The notes below the pieces were generated by a model. It worked only from the letters and a program-made list of their open reading frames with translations, had not been told where the DNA came from and ran no database searches. DNA of 27,227 nt, taken from assembly GCA_027064305.1 (NCBI GenBank), contig JAMOPY010000049.1, positions 1 to 27,227 of the forward strand, in the 5' to 3' direction. Position 1 is the first letter of the stretch; each line of letters opens with the position of its first letter. Made by a program: the position numbers and the translations under genes. The stretch is from Methanobacteriota archaeon (lineage in GTDB: Archaea; JAADCQ01; Methanopyri; Methanopyrales; Methanopyraceae). This document shows positions 16,154 to 24,903 of this stretch, one piece after another.

Positions 16154-17130
16154 CGCAGGTCGCCCTGGACGTGACCTCGCTCTCCCGGGCGATCGAGCTG
16201 GCGGAGGCGTGCGCCGAGGCCGGCATTCACCTCCTCGAGGCCGGCACCCCGCTCATCAAGTCCTGCGGCGTCCGGGCGGTGGAGGCCCTCGTCGAGCGCT
16301 TCCCGGAGCGTCCGGTGGTGGCGGACACGAAGACGATGGACACGGGGGCGCTGGAGGCGGAGCTGGTGGCGTCCCGGGGCGCCGGGCTCGGGTGCGTGCT
16401 GGGGGCGGCCCCGGAGGAGACGATCGAGTCGTTCGTGACCCGGGCGCACGAGCTGGGCATGGGGGCGCTGGTGGACACGATCGGTGCGGAGCCGGGCGAC
16501 GTGTTGAGGAAGGTGGACGGCCTGTCGGACGGGCCGGATTACCTGCTGATTCACGCGGCCATCGACGAGTCCGTCACGGGCGAGCAGCTGCTGGAGCGGG
16601 CCGGGGTGGGCGAGTGTCCGTACCGGACGGCCGTGGCCGGGGGGCTTACGCCCGAGAAGGTGGAAGGGTTGGACGGCGTCGACGCGGTCATCGTGGGCGG
16701 TTACATCACGTCGTCCGAGGACCCGGGGCGCGCCGCCGAGGAGGTGCTGGAGGCGGCGGGCGCCGAGCCGTACGGGTTCCGACCGGACGAGCGGCAGCGC
16801 GAGGCCCTGTTGGGCCTTCGGCGGCGGGCGCGCGTGGGGATCGTGGTGCGGGACCCGGACCGGGTGGCCGAGGTGCTCCGCGCGGCGGTGCGGTCGCTTC
16901 GGTGGGTCCGGCGGGGGGCGGACGTGGGCGCGGTGGGGGACGACGACTTAGAGCTCCTTCCGGAGGGCGTGGACGGTGAGGGCCGGGACCTGCTGATCGT
17001 CGTGGGCGCCGAGGAGTTCGAGGGTGAGGAGCTGGAGCGGCTGGCGCGCGACGGTCGGCGGGTCGTGCTGGTCTCCGAGGAGCACGTGCTGAAGGTCTAC
17101 GGGGTGGCGGAGGCGGTGTACGAGGTGTAG
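16147..17130 (+). CDS. hps: 3-hexulose-6-phosphate synthase (OMPDC/HUMPS barrel) fused to a degenerate C-terminal SIS-like domain
   Basis: QVALD, LEAGTPLIK, VADTKTMDTG, IHAAID, AVAGGL, VIVGGYIT. Start moved to ATG 16147, overlapping the trm1 stop. Confidence 0.82.
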   Translation: MLTQVALDVTSLSRAIELAEACAEAGIHLLEAGTPLIKSCGVRAVEALVERFPERPVVADTKTMDTGALEAELVASRGAGLGCVLGAAPEETIESFVTRAHELGMGALVDTIGAEPGDVLRKVDGLSDGPDYLLIHAAIDESVTGEQLLERAGVGECPYRTAVAGGLTPEKVEGLDGVDAVIVGGYITSSEDPGRAAEEVLEAAGAEPYGFRPDERQREALLGLRRRARVGIVVRDPDRVAEVLRAAVRSLRWVRRGADVGAVGDDDLELLPEGVDGEGRDLLIVVGAEEFEGEELERLARDGRRVVLVSEEHVLKVYGVAEAVYEV

Positions 17131-17142
17131 GGGGAGCCAGGG

Positions 17143-18876
17143 TTGAGCGAGGAGAGGCGGGAGGACCGGGACCTGTACGAGCGGGTGATGGAGGTCTCCC
17201 GCCGACGCGGGTTCCTGCTGCCTTCCTGCCGCATCTACGGTGGGGCCCGGGGCTTCTACGACTACGGCCCGCTGGGCGCGCTGCTCAAGCGGAAGATCGA
17301 GGAGAAATGGCGCGAGTACTACGTGTACCGCGAGGGATTCATGGAGATCGAGGCCCCCACGCTGCTCATCGGCGAGGTGTTCGAGGCCTCGGGCCACGTG
17401 GACCACTTCATCGACCCGATGACGTACTGCCGGGAGTGCGGGGAGTTCTTCCGGGCGGATCACCTGGTGGAGGAGGAGCTGGGGATCGACGCGGAGGGTC
17501 TCTCGATCGAGGAGCTGGAGCGGCTGATCCGGGAGCACGACCTGCGGTGCCCGGAGTGCGGCGGCGAGCTGGGTGAGGTGACGGAGTTCAACCTGATGTT
17601 CCGGACGAACATCGGGCCGAAGGAGGGCCGGGACGGGTACCTGCGGCCCGAGACGGCGCAGGCCATCTTCATCCAGTTCAAGGACCTGTACCGGTGGGCC
17701 CGGCAGAGGCTGCCGTTCGGCGTCGTGCAGATCGGCCGGGCGTACCGGAACGAGATCAGCCCGCGTCAGGGCGTGATTCGGCTCCGCGAGTTCACGCAGG
17801 CCGAGGCGGAGGTGTTCCTGGACCCGGAGGACAAGCGCTACCCGGGTCGGTGGGATTACGAGCGGGAGCGGCTGCTGTTCTACCCGATCGAGGAGCAGCG
17901 GAAGGACGACGGCGAGATGCTCGAGATGCGCGTGGAGGAGGCGGTCGAGGAGGGACTCGTCAGCCAGCCGATCGGCTACTTCCTGGGCCTCACGAAGCGG
18001 ATGCTGGTGGAGATGGGGATCGACGAGGGCGCGATCCGGGCGCGGCAGCACCTGCCGGAGGAGCGGGCGCACTACGCCCGGGACTGCTGGGACGTGGAGG
18101 TACGGCTGGATCGGTTCGGGTGGGTGGAGGTCGTCGGCATCGCGGACCGTACGGACTACGACCTGCGGCGCCACTCGGAGCACAGCGGGGAGGATCTCCG
18201 GGCGTTCGAGGAGCTGGACGAGCCCCGGATCGTCTACCGCCCGGAGCCAATCATGGAGAAGCTGGGCCCGGAGTTCAAGTCGGACGCCCCGAAGATCGCG
18301 GAGGAGCTGAGGAGAATCAAGGCGGAGTCGAGGGAGGAGCTGGAGGGCGGCCTGACGGTCGAGGTGGACGGTGAGGAGATCGAGGTGCCGCCGGACTGCT
18401 ACGAGATCGTGGAGGAGAAGGTCACCGGGCGCCGGTTCTACCCGCACGTGGTCGAGCCCTCGTACGGGATCGACCGGATCCTGTACTGCGTGCTCGAGCA
18501 CAACTTCGACCCGGAGGAGGGGATGTTCCGCTTCCCCGCCTGGCTGGCGCCGATCGAGGTGGGCGTGTTCCCGCTGCTCAAGCGGGACGACATGGTGAGG
18601 TACGCGAGGCGGATCGCGCGGGAGCTGCGCGAGGAGGGGTTCACGGTGGAGTACGACGACTCGGGCTCCATCGGGCGCCGGTACGCCCGAGCCGACGAGA
18701 TCGGCGTCCCGTACTGCGTGACCGTCGACCACGACACGCTCGAGGAGGACACGGTGACGATTCGGGACCGGGACACGACCGAGCAGGTTCGGGTGCCCGT
18801 GGACGAGCTGCCGGAGATCCTACGCGGGCTCATCGACGGCGAGATCGAGTTCGAGGAGGCCGGCGAGCCCGTTTGA
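17143..18876 (+). CDS. glyS: Glycyl-tRNA synthetase (archaeal/eukaryotic alpha2 type)
   Basis: [58 protein letters not shown], anticodon-binding [13 protein letters not shown]. Confidence 0.97.
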   Translation: MSEERREDRDLYERVMEVSRRRGFLLPSCRIYGGARGFYDYGPLGALLKRKIEEKWREYYVYREGFMEIEAPTLLIGEVFEASGHVDHFIDPMTYCRECGEFFRADHLVEEELGIDAEGLSIEELERLIREHDLRCPECGGELGEVTEFNLMFRTNIGPKEGRDGYLRPETAQAIFIQFKDLYRWARQRLPFGVVQIGRAYRNEISPRQGVIRLREFTQAEAEVFLDPEDKRYPGRWDYERERLLFYPIEEQRKDDGEMLEMRVEEAVEEGLVSQPIGYFLGLTKRMLVEMGIDEGAIRARQHLPEERAHYARDCWDVEVRLDRFGWVEVVGIADRTDYDLRRHSEHSGEDLRAFEELDEPRIVYRPEPIMEKLGPEFKSDAPKIAEELRRIKAESREELEGGLTVEVDGEEIEVPPDCYEIVEEKVTGRRFYPHVVEPSYGIDRILYCVLEHNFDPEEGMFRFPAWLAPIEVGVFPLLKRDDMVRYARRIARELREEGFTVEYDDSGSIGRRYARADEIGVPYCVTVDHDTLEEDTVTIRDRDTTEQVRVPVDELPEILRGLIDGEIEFEEAGEPV

Positions 18877-19270
18877 ACCACTCCGGCACGCGGACGTCGC
18901 CCTCCGGCTCGTCGTAGCCCGGCAAGTACGGCTTCAGGTCGATCACCGGGGAGCCCTCGCGGGCGTCGAGCCCCTCCACCCTCACCCGACCGCGCCCCGG
19001 GTCCACGTCGAGGAGCCGGCAGAGCGTGAGGAGGACGGGGTTGGGTCGGTCGGGGCTGCGGCTGGCGAACACGCCCACGATCGTGGGCGCCCGGCCGTGT
19101 AGGGGTCGCACCCGGCGCACCGATCGGTCGGACTCGTGGCCCCACCAGAGCACCCAGGCGTGGGAGAAGTCCTCGAGCCCCTCTAGGCACCGTCGGTACT
19201 CCCTGTAGATCGTCAGGGTGGCCCGCTCGTCCCCCGCCTCGGAGACCTCGCCCACCGGGCGCAGCCTCAC
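18830..19270 (-). CDS. trmO: TrmO/TsaA/YaeB-family SAM-binding tRNA methyltransferase domain
   Basis: [49 protein letters not shown]. Real start likely GTG 19270, the 3' part of the 353-aa track ORF. Confidence 0.87.
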   Translation of the reverse strand: MRLRPVGEVSEAGDERATLTIYREYRRCLEGLEDFSHAWVLWWGHESDRSVRRVRPLHGRAPTIVGVFASRSPDRPNPVLLTLCRLLDVDPGRGRVRVEGLDAREGSPVIDLKPYLPGYDEPEGDVRVPEWFKRARRPPRTRSRRR

Positions 19271-19297
19271 CCGGGTCCCCCCGGGGCGTGATCGTCG

Positions 19298-20122
19298 GTG
19301 GCGCGGTACGCCCACGTGATGGAGTGCCTGGGACGGGTGCCGGTGCGAGTCGTGTGGGAGGATGGCGAGGTTCGGGCCGAGGCCCGCGGGGAGCCGATCA
19401 TCGAGGAGTGCCCGCTGATGAGGTCCCGGGAGGGGTTCGAGCGGCTGACCCCGGAGGCCGCGGAGCGGCACGTTCTGCGCAAGGCACGGGAGCTGGGGAT
19501 GTTCACGCCGGAGCGTCGGCTGAGGTCCTGCCGGCGGTACACCCCGTTCGGCGTTTCGGAGACGCTCATGGTGTGCCTTCGTTACGGGCTGGTCAACGCG
19601 GCGGTGGTGGTGTCGGACTGCCTGGGTACCGTGGTGACGGACCGCCCGTCCGTGGTGCAGGGGCTCGGGGGCGAGGTCTCGGGGATCGTGGAGACGGACC
19701 CGATCCCGGAGGTGGTGGAGCGGGCGGAGCGGCTCGGGTGCACGGTGCTGGAGCGGATCGACCAGGCGGAGGGCGTGGAGACGGCCCTCGAGGAGTTCGA
19801 GCCGCCGGTGGCCGTGACGGTGGTGGACCCGGACGAGGCCGTGCGGATCCGGGAGGGGTTCGGCCGGGACGTGCTCATCGCGGCCGTGCACACCTCGGGG
19901 CTCGACGAGCGTGGGGCGGACCGGCTGGTCCGCGCGTGCGACATCGTCACGGGGTGCCCGTCCGAGGCCGTTAAGGGGGCGTGCGAGCGGGCCTACCTGG
20001 TGAAGTCGGGGCGCAGCATCCCGGTGTACGGCGTGACCCCGATGGGCGCGGAGGCGTTGCTGCTCAACGCCCGGGAGCTCTCCGGTGAGGAGCCCGTACG
20101 CATCCTGAGGGGTAGGGGGTGA
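19298..20122 (+). CDS. Methanogenesis marker protein 8 (DUF2099)
   Basis: HVMECLG, EPIIEECPL, GMFTPER, FGVSE, GTVV...VQGLGGEVSGIVETDPI, IDQAEGV, AVHTSG, CDIVTGCPS. Confidence 0.85.
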   Translation: MARYAHVMECLGRVPVRVVWEDGEVRAEARGEPIIEECPLMRSREGFERLTPEAAERHVLRKARELGMFTPERRLRSCRRYTPFGVSETLMVCLRYGLVNAAVVVSDCLGTVVTDRPSVVQGLGGEVSGIVETDPIPEVVERAERLGCTVLERIDQAEGVETALEEFEPPVAVTVVDPDEAVRIREGFGRDVLIAAVHTSGLDERGADRLVRACDIVTGCPSEAVKGACERAYLVKSGRSIPVYGVTPMGAEALLLNARELSGEEPVRILRGRG

Positions 20123-20126
20123 GGGG

Positions 20127-21512
20127 ATGCCGGAGATGGTTCACGTGGGGCTGTTCGGCCACATCGACCACGGGAAGACGGCGCTGGCCGCGCAGCTCAC
20201 GGAGAAGGCCTCGACCGCGGCGCTCGACAAGCACCCGGAGGAGCGGGAGCGGGGGATCACGATCGACCTGGGCTTCTCCTCGTTCCGGCTGGGCGATTAC
20301 GAGGTCACGCTGGTGGACGCCCCGGGGCACGCGGACCTGATCCGGACGGTCGTGGCGGGCGCGGAGATCATCGACGCGGCCATCCTGGTCGTGGCGGCGG
20401 ACGAGGGGCCGCAGGTGCAGACGGGCGAGCACCTGGTCGTCCTCGACTACCTCGGGGTGGATCGGGGCGTCGTGGCGCTCAACAAGGTCGACCTGGTCGA
20501 CGAGAGCACGGTGGAGCGGCGCGTTGAGGAGGTCCGGAGCGTCCTGCGGGGTACCTGCCTGGAGGACGCCCCGATCGTCCCGGTCTCGGCGAAGACGGGG
20601 GAGGGGATCGACGAGCTGCGCGAGGCGCTGCTGGAGGTGCTGGAGCCCCCGGAGCGGGACGTGGACGCGCCGTTCCGGATGCCGATCGACCACGCGTTCC
20701 ACGTGAAGGGGGCGGGCACGGTCGTCACGGGGACGATCCTGTCCGGGGAGGTGGAGGTGGGGGACGAGGTGGTCCTGTACCCCTCGGGCAAGGTGGTGGA
20801 GGTGAAGTCGATTCAGTGCTTCGGCCGGGATCTAGACGCCGCCCGGGCCGGTGATCGGGTGGGGATGGCGCTGCGCGGGGTGAGGGAGGAGGAGATCGAG
20901 CGGGGCCATCAGCTGGCGGAGTCGGACTCCCTGAAGGTGACGCGCGACCTGGATCTGGAGGGCGTGGAGGTGCACCCGCTGTTCCCGCAGTCGCTCGGGG
21001 CCCGGACCATGGTGCACGTGCACGTCGGTCTGCGCTCGGTCCCGGGGTATGTGGTCCCGCACGAGGACGGGTTCCTGCGGGAGGAGCTGCGGCCCGGCGA
21101 GTCCGGAGAGCTGTACGTGCGGCTCAACGAGCCGGTGGCGGTGCGGGAGGGCGACCCGGTCGTGCTCGTGAAGATGGACCTTCCCCCCACGAAGCTGCGG
21201 ATCGCGGGCGCGGGCCGGGTGTCGGGCACGGAGCGGCGGGAGACGTTCAAGCGCGTGTCCGAACGGCGGGGTCGGGTCACGAACCCGGACCACATGGGGA
21301 AGGGGCTGGCGGTGGTGGACGGGCTGGCGTTCAACAAGGAGCACGCGGAGAAGCTGGTGGGTGAGGAGGTGGAGACGGAGGGCGGGGTGAAGGGGCGGAT
21401 CGTGGACACGCACGGGACGCGCGGCGCCGTCCTGGTCGAGTTCGAGGGTAAGGTCAGGACCGGCGAGCGGGTGCTGCTGCGGCGGGTGCGGGAGGTTAAG
21501 TTGGACCTCTAG
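20127..21512 (+). CDS. selB: Selenocysteine-specific translation elongation factor (archaeal SelB)
   Basis: GHIDHGKT, STAALDKHPEERERGITIDLGFS, VDAPGHADLI, NKVD, IDHAFHVKGAGTVVTG, MDLPPTKLRIAG, short beta-barrel domain IV. Confidence 0.94.
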   Translation: MPEMVHVGLFGHIDHGKTALAAQLTEKASTAALDKHPEERERGITIDLGFSSFRLGDYEVTLVDAPGHADLIRTVVAGAEIIDAAILVVAADEGPQVQTGEHLVVLDYLGVDRGVVALNKVDLVDESTVERRVEEVRSVLRGTCLEDAPIVPVSAKTGEGIDELREALLEVLEPPERDVDAPFRMPIDHAFHVKGAGTVVTGTILSGEVEVGDEVVLYPSGKVVEVKSIQCFGRDLDAARAGDRVGMALRGVREEEIERGHQLAESDSLKVTRDLDLEGVEVHPLFPQSLGARTMVHVHVGLRSVPGYVVPHEDGFLREELRPGESGELYVRLNEPVAVREGDPVVLVKMDLPPTKLRIAGAGRVSGTERRETFKRVSERRGRVTNPDHMGKGLAVVDGLAFNKEHAEKLVGEEVETEGGVKGRIVDTHGTRGAVLVEFEGKVRTGERVLLRRVREVKLDL

Positions 21513-21567
21513 TCAGCGCTGGAACGTCTCTTCACGTGGGATCCGCTCCCGAGGGGCTCATCATCCG
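21510..21567 (-). ncRNA. Box C/D methylation-guide sRNA (predicted)
   Basis: Minus strand: C box ATGATGA (21564-21558), 12-nt guide GCCCCTCGGGAG, D' CGGA, C' GTGAAGA, 12-nt guide GACGTTCCAGCG, D box CTGA (21516-21513). Fills the gap between selB and the convergent gene. Ends approximate. Confidence 0.8.
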
Positions 21568-22244
21568 AAGCACCGTCGGGCGATCGGTAGCGTCTCGTCC
21601 GCCTCCTCCCGGGAGGTGATCCCGACCGCGACCGCGTCGGCGTACTGGGCGGCGTACGGGAGCCCCTCCTCCGGGGGGACGGCGCCCGCGGCCAGGACCT
21701 TCTTCGCGATGACCGTTCGGTCCGTGTCCTCCAGGAGCTCCTCCACCCGGCTCCGGTCCCCCATGAAGGCGCCCCTTGGGTTCAGCGGCACCATGTACAC
21801 GTCCACGCCGTCGCGTTCCTCCCAGGCGGGGAGGGTGGCGTCGGGTCGGTGGGTGGCGATGCCCACGGGCACCCCGAATCGGTCGCGGAGCCGGTCGAGG
21901 TCGCGGAGCACGTCGTCCGGGTCCCGGCCGTCCACCCGGCTGGCGTGCAGGAGGACGGCCCGGAGGTTCATCCCCTCGATCGTGCGCGCGTCCTCGCGGA
22001 GCGGTCCGAGGCCGACGACGGCGACAACTTCAAGGTCGTGCTCGACCCTCCGGAGCGCTCGCGTGATCACGGGGTCCGCGAGCGCCTGGACGCCGCGAAC
22101 GTCGTGCCGCTCGGCGCAGTACTCCACGAGCCGCGTGATGTTGTCGGGCCGCTCGTAGAACCGCCGTCGGTACTCGAGCGCGCGAGGCCCGAATTGTCCC
22201 GCGCCCAGGAACGGTGAGGTCCCCACCATGACCCGGGGGAGCAG
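21561..22244 (-). CDS. Aldo/keto-reductase-like TIM-barrel protein
   Basis: PRVMVGTSPFLGAGQFG, AVLLHAS, PVGIATH, YMVPLN, VIAKKVLAAG, AVAVGITSREEADE. Start uncertain (CTG 22244 or ATG 22229); the track start at 22313 lies in a predicted sRNA C box. Confidence 0.7.
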   Translation of the reverse strand: MLPRVMVGTSPFLGAGQFGPRALEYRRRFYERPDNITRLVEYCAERHDVRGVQALADPVITRALRRVEHDLEVVAVVGLGPLREDARTIEGMNLRAVLLHASRVDGRDPDDVLRDLDRLRDRFGVPVGIATHRPDATLPAWEERDGVDVYMVPLNPRGAFMGDRSRVEELLEDTDRTVIAKKVLAAGAVPPEEGLPYAAQYADAVAVGITSREEADETLPIARRCFG

Positions 22245-22259
22245 GGTCCTTCCCCCCGC

Positions 22260-22318
22260 GGGGTCGGTAGCGCGGACCCTCCTCACCGGGCTCGGCCCGT
22301 GGTCCGTCGTCATCCCCC
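22260..22318 (-). ncRNA. Box C/D guide sRNA (predicted, variant boxes)
   Basis: Minus strand: GGGGG, C box ATGACGA (22313-22307), 11-nt guide CGGACCACGGG, D' CCGA, C' GTGAGGA, 12-nt guide GGGTCCGCGCTA, D CCGA (22267-22264), CCCC. Terminal G/C stem and canonical spacing. Confidence 0.6.
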
Positions 22319-22332
22319 GGGGGTGGTGAGCG

Positions 22333-24903
22333 ATGGGTGAGCGTGTTGAAGTGTGCTTCGATGAGGCGCTGCTGGACCACGCGGACGTGGACGAGGTGGC
22401 GCTCGACGTCGGGGAGGAGGCGCTGGCGGAGGCGCTGGCCCACCGGCACCGGCGGATGATCGTGTTCGAAGGGGACGAGCTGAAGGCGGCCGCGGCGGGC
22501 GCGGTGGCGGCCGGGGCCGCGGACGTGCTCTCGGAGGTGAGGGATCGGCCCGTGTCCGTGCTCTACGTGACGGACAGCCTGAAGGAGGGCACGTACGCGC
22601 GGGAGCGGTACGAGGAGTTTCGGGACGTGTTCGAGGGTTTCCTGGAGGAGGTGGGGGTCGACTACGAGCTCGAGGCGCTCACGTTCGGGCGCTCGAAGCG
22701 GGTGCTGGGCACGACCTGGGACATCCTGGTCATGGACCTGTCCTACGAGCTGGATCCGGACGCGATCGGTCGGCTGATCGAGACCGTGCGCGGCGGCGGG
22801 CTGGTCCTGCTCCTCACGCCCCCGTTCGAGCGGTGGCGGCGGATGTGGACGGCCTTTCACAAGAGCCTGGTCACGCCCCCGTACACCCTGGACCACGTGG
22901 GTAAGCGGTTCAACCGGCGGTTCATTCGGAAGCTGGAGGAGCACGACGGGATCTGGATCGTGAACACGGACGAGTGGGAGGCGCGGCCGGAGCCGAGGGA
23001 GGAGCCGGAGCTGGAGGTGGAGGTGAAGCGCCGGGAGACCCCGGACGTGGAGCCACCGGAGCGCGCGATGCTGCCCGAGGAGGTCTACCGGATGTGCGCG
23101 ACGGAGGATCAGTTCAAGGCGCTGACCCGGTTCGAGGAGCTGCTGCGGGCCCGGAGCAAGACGGCCCTCATTCTCACGGCCGACCGGGGCCGGGGCAAGT
23201 CCGCGCTCCTGGGGCTCGCCATCGCCGGGGCGGGGACGGTCTCGGAGGACGTGTACGACGTGGTGGTCACGGCCTCGGAGCCGGAGAACGTGGGGGTGCT
23301 CTTCGAGTTCCTACTGAAGGCGCTGGACCGGCTGGGGGTGGAGTACGAGTTCGAGGAGGACGAGGACGGGAACGTGGTCTACGTGGAGACGGACGAGTTC
23401 GTGGTCGAGTACGAGCGCCCGTCGGACGCGGCCGAGATCGAGTGCGACCTGATGGTCGTGGACGAGGCGGCCTCGATCCACGTGCCCATCCTGCACCGGA
23501 TCCTGGACAACAACGACCTCGTGGTGTACTCGTCCACGATCCACGGGTACGAGGGCGCGGGACGGGGCTTCTCGGTCCGGTTCCTGCAGAGCGTGGAGCG
23601 GCGCGACGACGTGCGGCTGATCAAGTTCAAGATGCACGAGCCGATCCGGTACGACCCGGACGATCCCATCGAGCGCTGGCTGTTCGATACGCTGCTGCTC
23701 GACGCCGAGCCGGCCGAGCTGGACGAGGAGGACTTCGAGTGCGTGCGGCGCCAGCGGGTCCGGCTCGAGAAGCCGGACCTCCGGTTCTGGTTCGAGGACG
23801 AGGAGGGCGAGGAGGAGCTGCGCCAGTTCATCGGCATCTACGTGATGGCGCACTACCGGAACCGGCCCAGCGACGTGATGGTGCTGGCGGACGCGCCGCA
23901 CCACGAGGCGTACGCGCTCAAGACGGAGACGGGGAAGATCGTCACGGCCCTGCAGGTGGCCCGGGAGGGGTCCATCCCGCGCGACGTGATCGTCAAGATG
24001 CGGAAGGGGTACCGGCCCCCCGGGAACGTGATCCCGGACCTCATGGTCCAGCACCACGACGCGCTCGAGTTCCCGCGGATGAAGGGGTACAGGATCGTCC
24101 GGATCGCGACCCACCCGGACGTGATGCGCCAGGGGCTGGGCTCGCGGGCGCTGGAGGAGCTGGCCAAGGTGTGCGAGGAGAAGGACTTCGACTGGATCGG
24201 CACGGGCTTCGGCGCGAACGAGGAGCTGACGCGGTTCTGGCTCAAGAACGACTTCGTGCCCGTGCACATCAGCCCGAACCGGAACCCGGTGAGCGGCGAG
24301 TACTCCGTGGCCGTGATCCGACCCATCTCGGACGAGGCGCGGGAGATCATCCAGCGGGCCAACTTCGAGTTCCGGCTCAAGCTGGTGGACTGGCTCGGGG
24401 AGACGCACCGCGACCTGGAGCCCGAGGTCGCCCGGCTCCTGCTGACCCCAATGTCACCGCACCGGTACCGGCCCGCGCTCACGGACGGCCAGCTCCGACG
24501 GCTCAAGAAGTACGTGGACATGGTCCACACGTACGAGATCGCCGCCGACGCGATCCGGGAGCTCGTCAAGACCCACTTCCTGGACACGGAGGACCGGCTG
24601 GAGCTGTCCCGGGAGGAGGAACTCCTCCTCGTGACCAAGTGCCTCCAGCGCTGGGAGTGGGAGAAGGTCGCGAACTTCCTGGACGAGGAGGTGCCCGACC
24701 TCATGCGCACGCTGCGCGACCTGATCGGCCTCCTGTACGAGGAGTACAAGGAGGAGCTGGGACGCCACTCCGCGCTGGAGGGCGTCGGCAAGGCCGTCGA
24801 GCGGCTCGCGGAGAAGGGGCACTCCGGCGAGGTCATCGTGCGGGTGGAGGAGGGCGAGCCCAAGGAGGTGGTGATCAGGCGGGAGGAGCGCTTCGAGCTC
24901 TGA
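22333..24903 (+). CDS. tmcA: RNA cytidine acetyltransferase TmcA/NAT10 (DUF1726 + helicase + GNAT)
   Basis: AHRHRRMIV, VLGTTWDILVMD, IETVRGGG, Walker A TADRGRGKSA, VVDEAA, STIHGYEGAGRGF, EPIRY, AHYRNRPSD, RIVRIATHP...QGLGS. Confidence 0.95.
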   Translation: MGERVEVCFDEALLDHADVDEVALDVGEEALAEALAHRHRRMIVFEGDELKAAAAGAVAAGAADVLSEVRDRPVSVLYVTDSLKEGTYARERYEEFRDVFEGFLEEVGVDYELEALTFGRSKRVLGTTWDILVMDLSYELDPDAIGRLIETVRGGGLVLLLTPPFERWRRMWTAFHKSLVTPPYTLDHVGKRFNRRFIRKLEEHDGIWIVNTDEWEARPEPREEPELEVEVKRRETPDVEPPERAMLPEEVYRMCATEDQFKALTRFEELLRARSKTALILTADRGRGKSALLGLAIAGAGTVSEDVYDVVVTASEPENVGVLFEFLLKALDRLGVEYEFEEDEDGNVVYVETDEFVVEYERPSDAAEIECDLMVVDEAASIHVPILHRILDNNDLVVYSSTIHGYEGAGRGFSVRFLQSVERRDDVRLIKFKMHEPIRYDPDDPIERWLFDTLLLDAEPAELDEEDFECVRRQRVRLEKPDLRFWFEDEEGEEELRQFIGIYVMAHYRNRPSDVMVLADAPHHEAYALKTETGKIVTALQVAREGSIPRDVIVKMRKGYRPPGNVIPDLMVQHHDALEFPRMKGYRIVRIATHPDVMRQGLGSRALEELAKVCEEKDFDWIGTGFGANEELTRFWLKNDFVPVHISPNRNPVSGEYSVAVIRPISDEAREIIQRANFEFRLKLVDWLGETHRDLEPEVARLLLTPMSPHRYRPALTDGQLRRLKKYVDMVHTYEIAADAIRELVKTHFLDTEDRLELSREEELLLVTKCLQRWEWEKVANFLDEEVPDLMRTLRDLIGLLYEEYKEELGRHSALEGVGKAVERLAEKGHSGEVIVRVEEGEPKEVVIRREERFEL

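Noticed and set aside
21558-21563. Tandem TGA TGA next to selB as possible selenocysteine codons
   Set aside because: They fall at the natural C-terminus of the AKR-like gene, the frame closes again shortly after, no GAA/A SECIS hairpin was seen, and the sequence is better explained as a C box.
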